Assembly: GCA_049999805.1 (NCBI GenBank) | Contig: JBNGIO010006380.1 | Coordinates: 490,735-554,734, forward strand | Reading direction: 5' to 3' | From: Folioceros fuciformis | Taxonomy: Eukaryota | Length of the DNA: 64,000 nucleotides | Shown: piece after piece, positions 1-12,315 of the stretch | How the letters are laid out: each line of letters starts with the position of its first letter | How positions within the stretch are numbered: the stretch's first letter is position 1 | Position numbers and translations under genes: made by a program | The notes under the pieces: model-generated | Databases searched by the model: none | Seen by the model: the letters and a program-made list of their open reading frames with translations, nothing else | Told to the model about the DNA's origin: nothing

Positions 1-1491
1 ATAGGGTTTATCCAAAGTGAAGCAGACACCAATATCTATGTACTTCGTAAGGACAGCTCCCTGGTGCTGGTTGCACTATATGTTGATGACTTAGTTATTC
101 CAGGCAACAATATTAAACTAGTTAACAAGATTAAAGCTGACCTTAGTAAAGAATTCGAGATGAAGGATCTCGGCAAAGTTAAATATATTCTTGGAATGCA
201 TGTACATAGAGATACCACTGGTGCTATCTATCTCCATCAAGGAAGATATGTAGCTGGTATGTTAAAACGCTTCAATTTGGAGAATGCACGTGCGGCAGCC
301 ACACCTAGCGCCGTAGGAGTTAAGCTTTCATCTGCTACCTGTCCACAATCAGAACAAGAAAAGAAAGAGATGGAAAATATTCCTTATCGTATGGGAGTTG
401 GTACTCTCATGTTCTTGAGTAATCAGATCAGACCTGATATCTCAAATACTGTAAATGCTATTGCTCAGTTCTCAGAGAATCCAGGAAAGGATCACTAGGT
501 TGCTCTCAAGCGCATCATGCGGTACCTCAAGGGTACTCCAAATTATGGCCTGTACTTCAAGCCTAGCAGAAAGAAGCATCTGCTGCTGACATGCTTTGTC
601 GATGCAGATTGGGCTTCAGACGCTGACACCCGAAAAAGTATCTCAGCATATTGCTTTCTTGCTGGCTCCACTATTGTTAATTGGTCTTGTAGAAAACAAG
701 CTGCAATATCACTTTCATCAACAGAATCGGAGTACAAAGCACTCACTGAAGCCACGAAAGAGGCTGAATGGGAAAGAAAGCTATGTGAAGATTTGGATAT
801 GAAGCAGGAAGGGCCAACAGTGCTTAATTGTGACAATATGTCAGCCATTGCTCTCGTCGCTAATCCTGTCTTTCATGCGCGCACGAAGCATATTGAGATT
901 CAACACCATTATATTCCTGACGCTGTTGAGAGGGGAATTGTTAAGGTACAGTATGTACCCACAGACGACAATACAGCAGATATACTGACAAAATCCTTGC
1001 CGAAGTTCAAACACTGCTTCCACAGAGAAGGGCTTGGATTGGTTGACTGTAGCAGTTTTTTGAAGCTGGACCAATCACACATTTGGTGAGGCGCGTCTTA
1101 TCTCAGAACGTTCAGTTACTTAAAGTTTACAGCTATTGTAGACCATTTGCTTCAATGTTACTTGCGACCGGTGACGATCGGTGAGTTGAGTTTAATTGAA
1201 GACCGTAGTACTTATACAGTACTCCAGCGGCAAGTGATTATTAGTTCTTTGATTTAGATAACCCAACTTGTTTGAGAGGGAGAGTTAGAAGTACAGACTG
1301 CGTTGGTTATGGTTACCTTAGCTTAACCCAGCGTGGTCATACCCTTTGGTATCTAGTACCGAAGAGGAACAACTCTTCAGACACAGGCTATAAAAGCCCA
1401 CCTCTTGTAATCAATTAGTAAAGTACTATCTTTGATCAAACGCTTCCGCAAAGCACCTCAAACTCGAAAAAGCTCACTGGTGCAATTAACC
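1..1491 (+). mobile_element. 3' part of a Ty1/copia LTR retrotransposon (RT-RNase H, PPT, 3' LTR); runs off the window start; coding region broken by a stop
   Basis: ORFs 64-498 and 517-1089 are in one frame and carry copia RT/RNase H motifs (LYVDDL, FEMKDLG, RYLKGT, DADWA, SSTESEY, FHARTKHIEI). TAG at 496-498 replaces a Trp (DH*VALKRIMRYLKGT). Purine tract GAGAGGGAG at 1274-1282. Confidence 0.93.
1283..1491 (+). repeat. Probable 3' LTR (~210 bp) of the first copia element
   Basis: Begins right after the PPT (AGTTAGAA...), contains TATAAAA near 1389 and ends near ...ATTAACC, where composition switches abruptly to C-rich. The partner LTR is outside the window, so boundaries are approximate. 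Confidence 0.55.
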
Positions 1492-4400
1492 AACCCACGG
1501 TCCCCAGGCTGTACAATTCAGCCTACTCCCTCTCAGCCCAAGCAGGATCTGGAGTATGCCCATTAGAGCTTGAGAACGCCAACATCCTGCAACCTGCCGA
1601 TCGCTGGCTCCGGCTTCATCGCTTCCCGCAACAGCCAGGACAGCCCAACCCGCTATGCCCTAATCAATCCGGCCTGCTACTCTAGGCCACCACGAGCAGC
1701 AAGGTTCTTTGAGCTGCTACTGATCAGGGACCTAAGCTACTGAGGATCAGGCCACCGTTCAGAGGGACGGGATGCAGCGCCGTGGGGAATCCAGTGGACA
1801 CTGTCGAGAGTCGATGGCTTGGTTGCTGAATCTAGGCTCGCATTGCCAATTCAGACCCGTCGTCGCAAAAGTGGATCCAGGCACTGCTGGACAGGACCCA
1901 ACCTCATTCCTGATTTTGCCCAAGTCGCGGTGCTACACGAGGATCAGGCTCCGTCTAGCTCTCCAACCTCGATCTCCTCATTTCCCTCGGCTCCCATCCT
2001 ATATTTCCCAAACTCACACACGCCTGCGAAAGGCACACAAACGTGACAGCATCCGCTACTACCAACCAGTCCTCCTTCTTCGCTCAGGACTGATTGGCCT
2101 GCCAGGTGTTGGGATCCTGCAGCCAGGCCTCTACCTGGCTTCCGGATCCGGCCCCGGCTGCCGCCTCCCGCCTTCAGGACCATCCGGCTAAACCGGCTAG
2201 CCTAGCAGCCAAGCCGCTTGCCCAGAGGCCACTTGCCTCCACCCGCAATCAGCCAGTCAGCCCAGCTGGTCACACATTCGGGCCGCCGTCTGCGCGGCCA
2301 CCTTGCCGACTAGTCTATCAGGCTGCCAGCGCCTTGATCTGCCCGCCTGGTCTCTCCTCAGCCACGATCACTCCTGGCCAAATCCGCCAGCTCTCTCCTC
2401 AGCTACGACCGCTCCTGGCCAGAACCGCCAGCCAGAGCCGGGCGCCATCGCCCCCGGATTCGACTGGATCTAGCCCCCTCACGGCCAGCCTGCTGCCGCC
2501 TGACCCCGACCAGGACCCTGGCCCGGATCTGGCCCTAGGCCTCCTTCTAGCCACCAGCCCAGGCTAGGCTGCTGGCTGGGTTCCAGCAGCCCCGTCCGCC
2601 TGGCTAACCCTACCTTGTTCCATTCAGCGCTCCGGCAGCCGACTCGGCTGACTGCCTCGCAGCTTCGGCCAGGACCCCGGCTTGGGTGTCGATTGGATCC
2701 GGTTCGCCTTCCCGCTGACTTGAACCCTGCAGCTTGTTGCCATGGATTCGGCCAGCAGATCGGCCAGCCATAGGCCGCCTGCTCCGACTCGGCCAGCTAG
2801 ACCGACCAGCCCATCTGTTGGCTGGCTGGATCCTCTTGCTCGGCCTGCCTGCATCGGCCTGTCCCAGCCGCAACTAGCCCGACTCTAGAATCAGGCAGCC
2901 GGCCGTCACCTACCGCTGCTGGCTAGATCTCTCCGCCGCCAGCCAGAGCCAGGTTTCGGCCTGCCCACCGGCTCGGCTAGCCGACCAGCCCGGCCTCCCG
3001 ATCCGGCCAGGCGCTTCACCCCCGAGTCCTCCCAATCAGCTCCCGGCGCTGCAACCATCAACTGCCCAACTCAAAAATCAACCAGCCCGGCCGCCTCTTG
3101 CCTGCAGCAGGCCTAACTTGCTTCATATCAGTCAACCAGGCTAGGCGGATCCAGCGCCGCCTCTGCCTGGCGGACCCTCACCATGGCCCAACTCTTTCCC
3201 CTATGGTGAGCACAGAAAACATGCTGCAGCTTTTCGCAAGAACCACGAAACCAACTGCACCACGAGCAGCCCCGCAGCTTCCACTGACCCCCACTGGCTG
3301 CCCAGATCTACCCCAGCACCATCTAACCGATACCAGCTGATGGCGGCGCCTACCTGGAACCTGGATCCATCGTCTCCCCGGCCCGCTTGGTGCAGACTGG
3401 TCTCCATTTACTGCCGATTCCCTGCTAGCTGCCCGTTCGCGGCCTACACCGACCTAGATCTGCCACCGACGGTCAGCTCCATAGTCGCCACGGCCTGGCC
3501 TGGTTGTCCCCTCCACAGTAGCTACCGATCCGGCACCTGCTCCCAACTGTGACCAGCCAAACCGCCCGATCAGCCCGTCCTAGCCTGGCGTTGGCGGCCG
3601 AATCCGTTTGTCATCTGGCCCGCCAGCCAACCCGGCTAGCCAGGCCGCTCTTGGTCGTCAGCCTACTGGTCCAAACCTGGCTAGCCAAGCCGCTCTTGGT
3701 CATCAGCCTACTGGTCCAAACCTGGCTAGCCAGCCCGCTCCCCAGCCTCCCCGGCCCTTTCTGAGCTCTTGGCCAGGCTACCCCCCGGCTTGCAGGCAGC
3801 CCGTAAGCCTGGCCGCCTGAGCTTGTATCCCGACTAGCCGAGCAGCCAGGCCGAACTGGCTATGCCGACCTGTTTGCAGCTCGCCAGGCCGACTAGTCGA
3901 GCAGCCCCCAACCAGCCATCTGCCTATCTAGCTCTAGCCAACCCCCCATTAGGCTGCTACTTGCTTGTGCTCCGCCGCCGTTGCCTCAGCAGCCGCCCGC
4001 CTAGCCTACACGAATGCCAGATAGGCAACCTGCCTGATCTGGCCAGGCCCCCAGCCTGGGTCTGGCCATGCGGCTTGCCAACAGCCAGGTCGCCTACCTA
4101 GCTGCTGCCTACTCCTCCCTCGGCCAGCCGGCTGCCTGGCCTCACCCAGGCCAAGTTAGCCAACTAGCCGAACACCCGATCCATTACTCACCAGCCACTC
4201 ACTACCCTCCAGCCTACTGACTCTGAGTCGACGCTCCCCCTACCTGGCCATTTGGCTAGCTAACTTTCCCCGAATCTGATGCTCCCACAACCTTAGGCCC
4301 TCCTTGCATCACCGCCTGCTCTCGGACCCTCGGTGCCAGGCACCGCTATCCCCGTCTCTCGCTTCCACCAGCATCGACTAGAGAGAGCCCCGCTCGCCTT

Positions 4401-4545
4401 CCACGACGTCCTAGGGTTTCCTATTCCTCCGTTACCTTACCCCGAGGAACCAGAGCCCACGTCCTATCTACCACACAACCTACTTACCCTATCGACTCAC
4501 CATCAATCTAGCTACTATTCTAACCTAATCTCCCAACATTTCCTC
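1492..4545. other. GC-rich, strongly C-skewed low-complexity segment, probably the internal region of an unclassified decayed transposon that hosts both copia insertions
   Basis: Dense CCAG/CTGG/CTAG/GGCC motifs and only short Pro/Ala/Arg-rich ORFs. The sequence resumes after the TSD at 8955-8959. Confidence 0.45.
3634..3740. repeat. 45-bp tandem repeat, ~2.4 copies
   Basis: GGCTAGCCA(G/A)GCCGCTCTTGGTC(G/A)TCAGCCTACTGGTCCAAACCT starts at 3634 and 3679, with a partial copy at 3724. Confidence 0.9.
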
Positions 4546-4571
4546 TGTTGAAATAGCACCACAGGCATAGA

Positions 4572-7500
4572 GCAATCCAAACTCAGTAGTTCCTTTCAAA
4601 TATCTCATGATTCTTCTAACTACATCCAAGTGCGGTTTCCTTGGGTTCTGCATGAATTGACTAATCAGTCCCACTGCATAACTTAAGTCAGGACGTGTGA
4701 TAGTCAAGTAGATCAAACTTCCGACCATCTGTCGATACATAGTCACATTTTCCAGCTCAGCTCCTACATCCATTTGCAACTTGACGTTCTACTCCAATGG
4801 TGTATCCATCGCTTTGCAATCTGCTATGCCATACTTCTGCAACATATCCTTAGCATATTGTTTTTGGAATAGCCAGATTCTTTGAGGTGTAGACACAACC
4901 TCAATTCCTAAGAAGTATCTGAGTTCACCAAGATTCTTCACCTTGAACTCTTTTTGCAGATTCGCCTTGACATCTGCAATACCATCTGCATCATCTCCTG
5001 TGATGATCAGGTCGTCAACATAAACGACAAGACACACTTGTCCTACCTTGGTCTGTTTTACAAACAGACTGTGATCTGCGTCTCTAATTACAAACCCTCG
5101 CTCCTTCAAATAGCTTGCGATACCAGCATTCCATGCTCTAGGTGCCTATTTGAGTCCATACAATGCCTTCTTCAGTTTGCAGACGTATGTTGGAAACTTT
5201 GGATGAACATAGCCTTCAGGCTGTTCCACGTACACTTTCTCCTACAACTCACCATTCAAGAAGGCATTCTTGACATCCATTTGCCATAACTTCCATTCTT
5301 TAGCTACTGCTAATGCTATGACTGTCCTTACAGTTGTCATCTTGGCTACTGGACTAAAGGTTTCCTCATAATCAAGACCATACTGTTGTGCATATCCCTT
5401 TGCAACCAACCTGGCCTTGTAACGCTCCAGCGTTCCATCTGACTTGAACTTCAGCTTGTACACCCACTTAGAACCAATAGGAGCCTTGCCATCATGCAAT
5501 TGAACCAAATCCCACGTTCCGTTCTCAATTAATGCTGAGTATTCTTCATCCATGGCTTGAAACCACTTATCATGTGTCACTGCCTCAGCAAACTTGGTTG
5601 GCTCCTTACAAGCTGTGACCCTTGTCATATACGCATAATGTTGCGCATTGTAGCTTGTATAGGTGTACCTGTCAATGGGTTTCCTAACCCTCTCAAATCT
5701 CCTTGGTCTTGGTTCATTTTGAACCTGCCTTGCATATTGTTGCTCCTTAGCACCTGGCGTTTCCACAGACGAAATGCCAAACTCATTGTCAATGCTCTCA
5801 CTACTTGAGGATTCATATCCCTCATTTCCAGTTTTGCTGCTTTCTACTCTCCCCCTCACTGACATATCCGGGTTAGTGGTCTTTGGTTTACCATTGCGCA
5901 GTCTTCCAGACCATGGATTCACCGTTGGTGATCTACCATCGGTCACATCTTCACTCTTTGCTGCAGTACTATTAACAGTACACTCCCCTGTGGGTTCGTC
6001 ATAGGGTAGGGCAATTGAGTTGCTATACCAGGAGGCTAACTCATCAAATACCACATCCCTGCATATCAGGATCTCATGTGTGGATGGCACATAACACTTA
6101 TATGCCTTTCTATTTCGTGCATACCCTAGAAAAACACTCTTCACTGCTTTAGGATCGAGCTTCCTACGCTTCTCATCAGGTACATGTACATATGCAATGC
6201 ACCCAAACACTTTCAAGTGCCTAATATCCGACTTATAGCCATAGAGTCTCTCAATTGGTGTAGCATTATGATTTCCTGCCGTAGGAGTTCGATTCAGTAT
6301 ATACACTGCTGTCATCACTGCTTCTGCCCAATAACCATTAGGTAAGCACTTCTCATTCAGCATTGCCCTTGCTGTTTCCATGACTATCCTATTCTTCCTC
6401 TCTGCAACACCATTCTGCTGTGGTGTGTATCTGCAAGTTAGTTGTCTTCGTATACCATGATCTGCAAGATACTTGTCAAACTCATTTGAGACATATTCTC
6501 CCCCTCCATCTAATCTTAGACAAGAGATGGAGCAGCTGAATTCATTTTCAGCATGCTTTTTGAAGTCCTTGAAGGACTCGAACACTTCATCCTTATGCTT
6601 CAGTATGTACAGCCATGTGTACCTGCTGAAATCATCAATGAAGGAGACGTAGTAGTGGGCTCCTCCAAACGATGCATTCTGTGAAGGACCCCATACATGG
6701 GAGTGTATCAATTGCAAAGGTCTCGAGCTGTTCTGCACGTGTCGCACAAATGGAAACCTTGACTGTTTTCCAAATTAACATGTAGAACACACATGACCAA
6801 GATCAGCATACTTGAACTTGGGCATCTGCATCATCTGCTGCATTTAGCTTTGGAATGGATGCATCCAGAGTGAACATCCGTCCATTCCTACTACCTTTAG
6901 CATTCAGTTTGCGCCCTCTGTCATATTCTTCAATAAAGCATCCATCTTTATTGAATCGAATCTGCAGATTTTGTTCAGCCATCTGTCTAGCAGATAACAG
7001 GTTCTTCGTAATGGTTGGAACATGCAACACATCTTGCAGACTCTTCTGCTGACCATTCGGCATCTTAAGAGGAACAATTCCTCTGTGCTTTATGTCATGT
7101 TGTGTGTCATCTCCTGTACACACATGACCATACAGACCTGCATCCATCTTGTTAAACCACTCGCCATGCGGAGTCATGTGGTTTGATGCTCCTGAATCAA
7201 TGTACCATCTCTCATCATTCTGCCCATCCTGTTCAGAGAGATGTTGCATGGCAAACAACCTATCCTGGTCATTTCCAGCATTACTAGAGGAGGCATAGTT
7301 CCCATCCTGCCTTCCTTTTCCTCTCATGTCTGCTTGCTGCTTATAGCAGTCCTTAGCAATATGACCAACCTTACCATAGTAGTAACACTCCTTGTCTCTA
7401 TTGGAATGGTCATGAGATTGAAAAGAACCATCTCTTCCTCTTGTGGCTCTACCTGTGCCTCTAAAACTTCTAGATCCTCTCTGGCCTTGCGCATTTCCTC

Positions 7501-8244
7501 CACGCCAATTGTCTTGCTGATTCTGCGTGTTCCGAGCATCACCCCGTCCTCGGAATGAACCATGACCTCTATAGCCTCTCCCACGCTGGTTAGAAAACAA
7601 AACAGTGTCTCTCCCTTGAGATATATCTGAACCTATGTTCAGACCAAGCTTAACTTCCTCATGCAGCAACAAAGCAACCAATTCATCCTAGCTTGGGGAC
7701 TCAGCTCTCACAGAGATTGATGTGTCAAAGGACTTGTACTCCTTGCCAAGTCCATTAAGAGTAATTGCAACCATGTCATCTTCCGTCACACTTACACCGA
7801 TTGTAGCAAGCTGATCAGCTATGGTCTTCACCTCTGTTGTATACACGAGTTTGGATCTGCTACCTCGTGACAAGTTGTTGAACTGCTGCTTCAACTGGAT
7901 TTTCCTAGCATGTGTGACATTTCCATAGTTCCTCATGAGTATGTCCCATGCATCCTTCGGAGCCTCACATCCCGTGATTTGTATGACCATAGTATCTGAA
8001 ATGCTTAAGGAGAGCCACTGTAACACTTTACATGCTCTCTCAGTCCAATGCTTGTGAGCAGTCTTTTGCTCCTGTGATGTAGTACAATCCATCTCTGGTT
8101 CACTCTCATCACCTGTGTAGAGGTTCCAATAGCCTCTACCTACCAAGAAGTTCTTCATCCTGAACTTCCACAAGCAAAATTCTTGTTATCCAACTTCTCT
8201 CCCACGACCTGAGATATATTGTTTGATCCTTGCACATTAGCCAT
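4572..8244 (-). pseudogene. Disrupted copia gag-pol polyprotein
   Basis: Gag (KLDNKNF/WKFRMKN), mutated Zn knuckle CYYYGKVGHIAKDC, protease WYIDSGASNHM, integrase ([27 protein letters not shown]-like), RT ([25 protein letters not shown]). Stops at 7688, 5242, 5146 and 4789. Frameshifts near 8175 and near 6825, where the WHxRxGH integrase Zn-finger half is deleted. Confidence 0.93.
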
Positions 8245-8680
8245 GATTCAGGCTCCTTTACACACCAACACTTGTCCTGCAACTCCCTGCACTGCTGTAG
8301 AGCCCCAGCACTCCACAAGCCTCAATCAAATCTCAACAATTCCTGAATGTGCAACTGACTCTTCGCTAAGCAAAAACAGCCTTTGCTCAAGCTTTCAAAA
8401 AACAAAAAAAACAAAACATTGTTTGCCAAGTTCAGGCCTTCCTCCTCGCAAATCCTGGGCCTGCTGTGGCTCCCACGGCTTGGTTGCCTCCAATAGTTGC
8501 TGCTCCTTCTGAGTCTCTCTCCCTCTCGCGCGCTCTTGCGCCTGTAGCACCTGTTGCGGCTTCCTACGCCGCCTACGCCGCTGCGCCTCTCAATGGCTTG
8601 CGTTGCCAGCCACCTTCACGCTCACGGCCATAGCCTCAAACCCCTGCCATATCCACCGGTGACACCGGCACTCTCTCTCT

Positions 8681-8693
8681 GGCTCTGATACCA
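8681..8693 (-). promoter_or_regulatory. Primer-binding site complementary to initiator tRNA-Met
   Basis: Minus strand reads TGGTATCAGAGCC directly after the LTR end ...TTTCAACA, the canonical plant copia PBS. Confidence 0.95.
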
Positions 8694-8954
8694 TGTTGAA
8701 ATAGCACCACAGGCATAGAAGGACTCCACAGTTCCTTGCTTATGGTGCACAGGATGCTACATATATAGCATTCAGGCGGGGCAACCCTCGATAAGGTAAG
8801 CCTTAGTCTCGAGGGTGCAATGTCCTAGTATATCTTGATATATCCTGATAACACTTAGGTGATAGATAACTACGAGTTCAATATGGGATAATCTACACTA
8901 TCCTAAGGGTTGTATGCTCTTAATAACAATTCAGTTAGAGCTTGATTTCTAACA
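8694..8954 (-). repeat. 5' LTR (261 bp) of the second copia element
   Basis: TGTTAG...TCAACA on the minus strand, bounded by the TSD and the PBS. Confidence 0.93.
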
Positions 8955-10620
8955 TCCTCTACAACACTCACTCACAGGTCCAAAAAAAAAAGAAAACCTA
9001 TCATTTCCCAAGGGTCTGTTCAGCATGTGGAGTCCACAGCAAGTTTGGGTGGAAGACCACACAGTGTGGTTGTCTAGTGAGGAAGAGCCAAGAGGGGACT
9101 CTAGGAAAGGGGAGAGGGCTAGGGATAGTGGAATTGAAGTGGAAGTCTTATGGGAAGATCTCTTGGATCAGCGACGGGGAAGAAGAGCGAGGGGAATTCC
9201 AAGGGACTCGAGGACGAGACAGCCGCAGTGGAGACGGGCACGATAGCTTAGGCGGCACTAGATCAGATTTTTATTGCAAGATACTCAGCTCATAAATTCT
9301 AAACCAAGTAGTATTAACCGTAGGAGTGAGTCAGGAACATATAGTTATTTCTTAAGACTCTGAAAGGCTGCAGCAATAATGGTGTCCGAAGCCAGATGTA
9401 TAAGAGACCTGGTCGCGTCTCTCCCTTTAGGCAATTTCAGGTGTGAGCATCCCATGTGCTGAATTTGTGCGCTGTGGGTTAGAGACATCCAATTGATGGA
9501 GGCCTGATTCGGCATGTTGACCTCTTGTCACAAGAGGATTAGGATGATCCCTAGGTGGTCGAGAGCTGTGTGACGAAGCTCCATGATTAGGGTGGCAAGT
9601 GGAAGGGATGCTCTGCACCTACGAGGAAGAGAAATTTTTGCAGAAGGTTAGGGTGGGAACACAAGTTTTGTGAAACCCTAGAAAGCCAAGAGAGAGCGCA
9701 AGTTTTGCGAAACTCTTGTGAAGCTGTCAGGCTGTGATTTTTCCCTTCCTCACTCTGCTGTCTAATCTGGCCATGTTTAATCTTTGGGAGGGGTCTGTGT
9801 GGCCCAAGGAGGGGGATTGAGTGGAGATTTGGAGTGTTAGAAGTGTGTGTGCTTGAAATAGTAAACTACTGAAGAAGATTGGAAGTGGATTGTGTGGAGA
9901 ATCAGTGATGCAGTGAAGCTCCGCGGTGTGGTTGGCCCTAATTTGCATCTACTCGTGAGATCGGGTTGTAGAATAACAGGAATATGGCGTGGTGGGCATG
10001 AGAATCAGCCTACATCGGCCATAGCTCCTTCACAGGTGTGGCCAGAAACCCCGCATCATCTAGGTGCCGCGATGCGCGTGTGCGCCAAACAGGTGGGTCC
10101 CACCATGATGACGAAATCCCTTACCGCGGTGGCTGAGTCCACTACTACAGTGCCAGAGTTAGGGACGACGTGGCGAACTTAGGCACGGTGGTGGAGTACG
10201 TCTGGGTAGAAACTAACTACAGAGTTTAGAAGTCATAGAATTAGAACAACTTGACACAACCCATTTCCTTGGGATCGAATCCTAAAGCTATAATGACATA
10301 GGGGGTGAATGTGGACCTCATTGTGCCCCTAAACACAAAATTTCACTCCACAGATGTTACTAGTAGAGTTCAAAGATTAGAATGGTACAAGCTATACAAA
10401 AGCAACATCATCTGATGAGACAGTAATTATAGGATGAAACGAAAGCAACTTGCAAAACAACGAAAGAAATGAGCATTAAGACCTTAGACACAGAAAGTAA
10501 AACTCGCCATTTGCAAAATAGTGGCTAAAGTTGTTATTTGAATATTCTTTAAGGAGGTTATTCTTATTTCATGAAGAGGGTCTAGTATGCTAAGAAAAAA
10601 ATAATGAAACAAAACTCTCT

Positions 10621-11025
10621 GGAGAGGGCCAAGATATAAATCTATGGCCCTTGACTTACATAAATTAGGCCTTAAAGAGCATTAACTAGACTAGGAAGGT
10701 TGGGAGAGGGCCAAGACAGAAATTTATGGTCCTTAACTTACATAAATTAGGCCTTAAAGAGCATTAACTAGACTAGGTAGGTTGGGAGAGGGCCAAAATA
10801 GAAATTCATGGTCCTTAACTCACATGGATTGGGCCTACGAGAGCATAAACTAGACTAGGCAAGTTGGGAGACGACCAAGATAGAAATCTATGGTCCTCAA
10901 CTTACATGGATTGGGTCTATAAGAGCATTAACTAGACTAGGCAAGTTGGGAGAGGGCTAAGATAGAAATCTATGGTCCTTAACTTACATGGATTGGACCT
11001 ATGAGAGCATTAGCTAGAGTAAGTA
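10621..11025. repeat. 82-bp tandem repeat, ~5 copies
   Basis: Units beginning GGAGA(G/C)G.. at 10621, 10703, 10785, 10867 and 10949, with core CTTAACTTACAT...GAGCATTAACTAGACTAGG. Confidence 0.95.
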
Positions 11026-11098
11026 GATTGTTGACAATTGATTCGATGGTACATGCAAGGATGGGTATAATCTTGGTAAGAAGCCTTTCTTGTTAATA

Positions 11099-11566
11099 TC
11101 ATGTGGATATATGATCCATAATTTCATATTTCTTTAGAGTCATATGAATTTTTTTCCACCTTGACACCCAATTAGAGTGGAATTGTGTAATCGCCTTATT
11201 AGGACCATCAAGAAGACAATTGTCGATTATCTTAGCCAATTCAAGCACTATTTTGTTTGACAATCTTACACCTCTTGCACTGAAAGATTGCAACCAAATA
11301 GAAAGAATCCCATCAAGCTCTAAACACTTTCTTTTTCTTCTTCGTTTGATATTGTCCAATTTGTTATTTTGATACAGGTCTTCACTTAAAAATGCTTTTT
11401 TCTCCAACAAAATGCTTCACATCACCCACCATGACATTGAACTAGAATATTGTGTACTTGCCCAATTTGCTATTTCTTGGGTAGTCAAGTTCTTGTTCTC
11501 ATTGTAATAGACACATATCTCTCATTTTTGGGCTATTGTCAAAGTATTGCTTCTCTTAGGTACCAT
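11099..11566 (-). pseudogene. pogo/Tigger-type (CENP-B-like) transposase N-terminal DNA-binding relic
   Basis: Reads MVPKRSNTLTIAQK*EICVYYNENKNLTTQEIANWA...KRRRKRKCLELDGILSIWL...GVRLSNKIVLELAK...FHSNWVSRWKK. This matches the CENP-B N-terminal HTH plus Tc5-type HTH pattern. Two TGA stops; no DDE domain seen. Confidence 0.75.
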
Positions 11567-12315
11567 TGTTGAGAGGTATTAGAGTTAGTTTTAGGTTTTG
11601 GTTGTTTCAGTTGGTGTTTCTATTTATGACAAAGGAGTGTGATACACATATAGTAAGTTTTATGGGCTGTAATGATTGAGCTTAAAGTTTGAGTTTTAAT
11701 GAAGATTTAGGCCTAAGCCCAATGAAGAGCTCCTTGCACAGGGTTGAAAGGGAAATTTACAAACCAAGAAACCTTGTAGACATGAATGAGCCTTGACAAG
11801 AATTCATGAAACAAAGATTAGACGAGACTTCCACGTGTTGGACTTGCAAAGTTTTTCTTAGCCTGTAGTTGAACATGCACATAAAAGAGACTGAAACCCA
11901 TAAGACTATTTTTCAGTCTTAGACCAACCATTCCTAACTACTGCAACGTGAATTTGCTGGAAACAGACCATGCAGAGTCGTTGAAAACGTGGAGAGGGAT
12001 TCGTACAACTCATCGTCGAGAAGAAGTGAGTTATGATGAACGAGTTATTGGTACTAAAAATCGTCTCATTTCCAAAATGTTTGGAAATGAGAGACGCACG
12101 TTTCAATTGTCACGCCCCTGGGCCATTCAAGTTCATGCTGGAGGACATGTGGGTTCGTAATTCACTCACGACGCCATGCGTCCAATACGTGAGTCGTTCA
12201 GAGCTCAGCTCCTCAACGGCACTGTGATACACAGATTGTGGAAGACGGGTGGATCTTAGTCTGCCTCACTTGTTTGTTCGAGGCTGCAGAAGGCGGATTG
12301 GTGGATTGTAGGAGC

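Larger units (their letters stand above)
4546..8954 (-). mobile_element. Ty1/copia LTR retrotransposon, internally deleted (no RNase H, no PPT, only 26 nt of the 3' LTR), flanked by 5-bp TSD TCCTC
   Basis: TCCTC at 4541-4545 and 8955-8959. 5' LTR 8954-8694 with TG...CA ends; PBS at 8693-8681; gag-PR-IN-RT domain order. 4546-4571 is identical to 8694-8719. Confidence 0.95.

Noticed and set aside
1772..4551. Many short Pro/Ala/Arg-rich ORFs as genes
   Set aside because: Expected in GC-rich low-complexity DNA; no domain motif or splice structure recognised.
10621..11025. Regularly spaced repeats as a CRISPR array
   Set aside because: The whole 82-bp unit is repeated with no unique spacers, there are no cas genes, and the context is eukaryotic.
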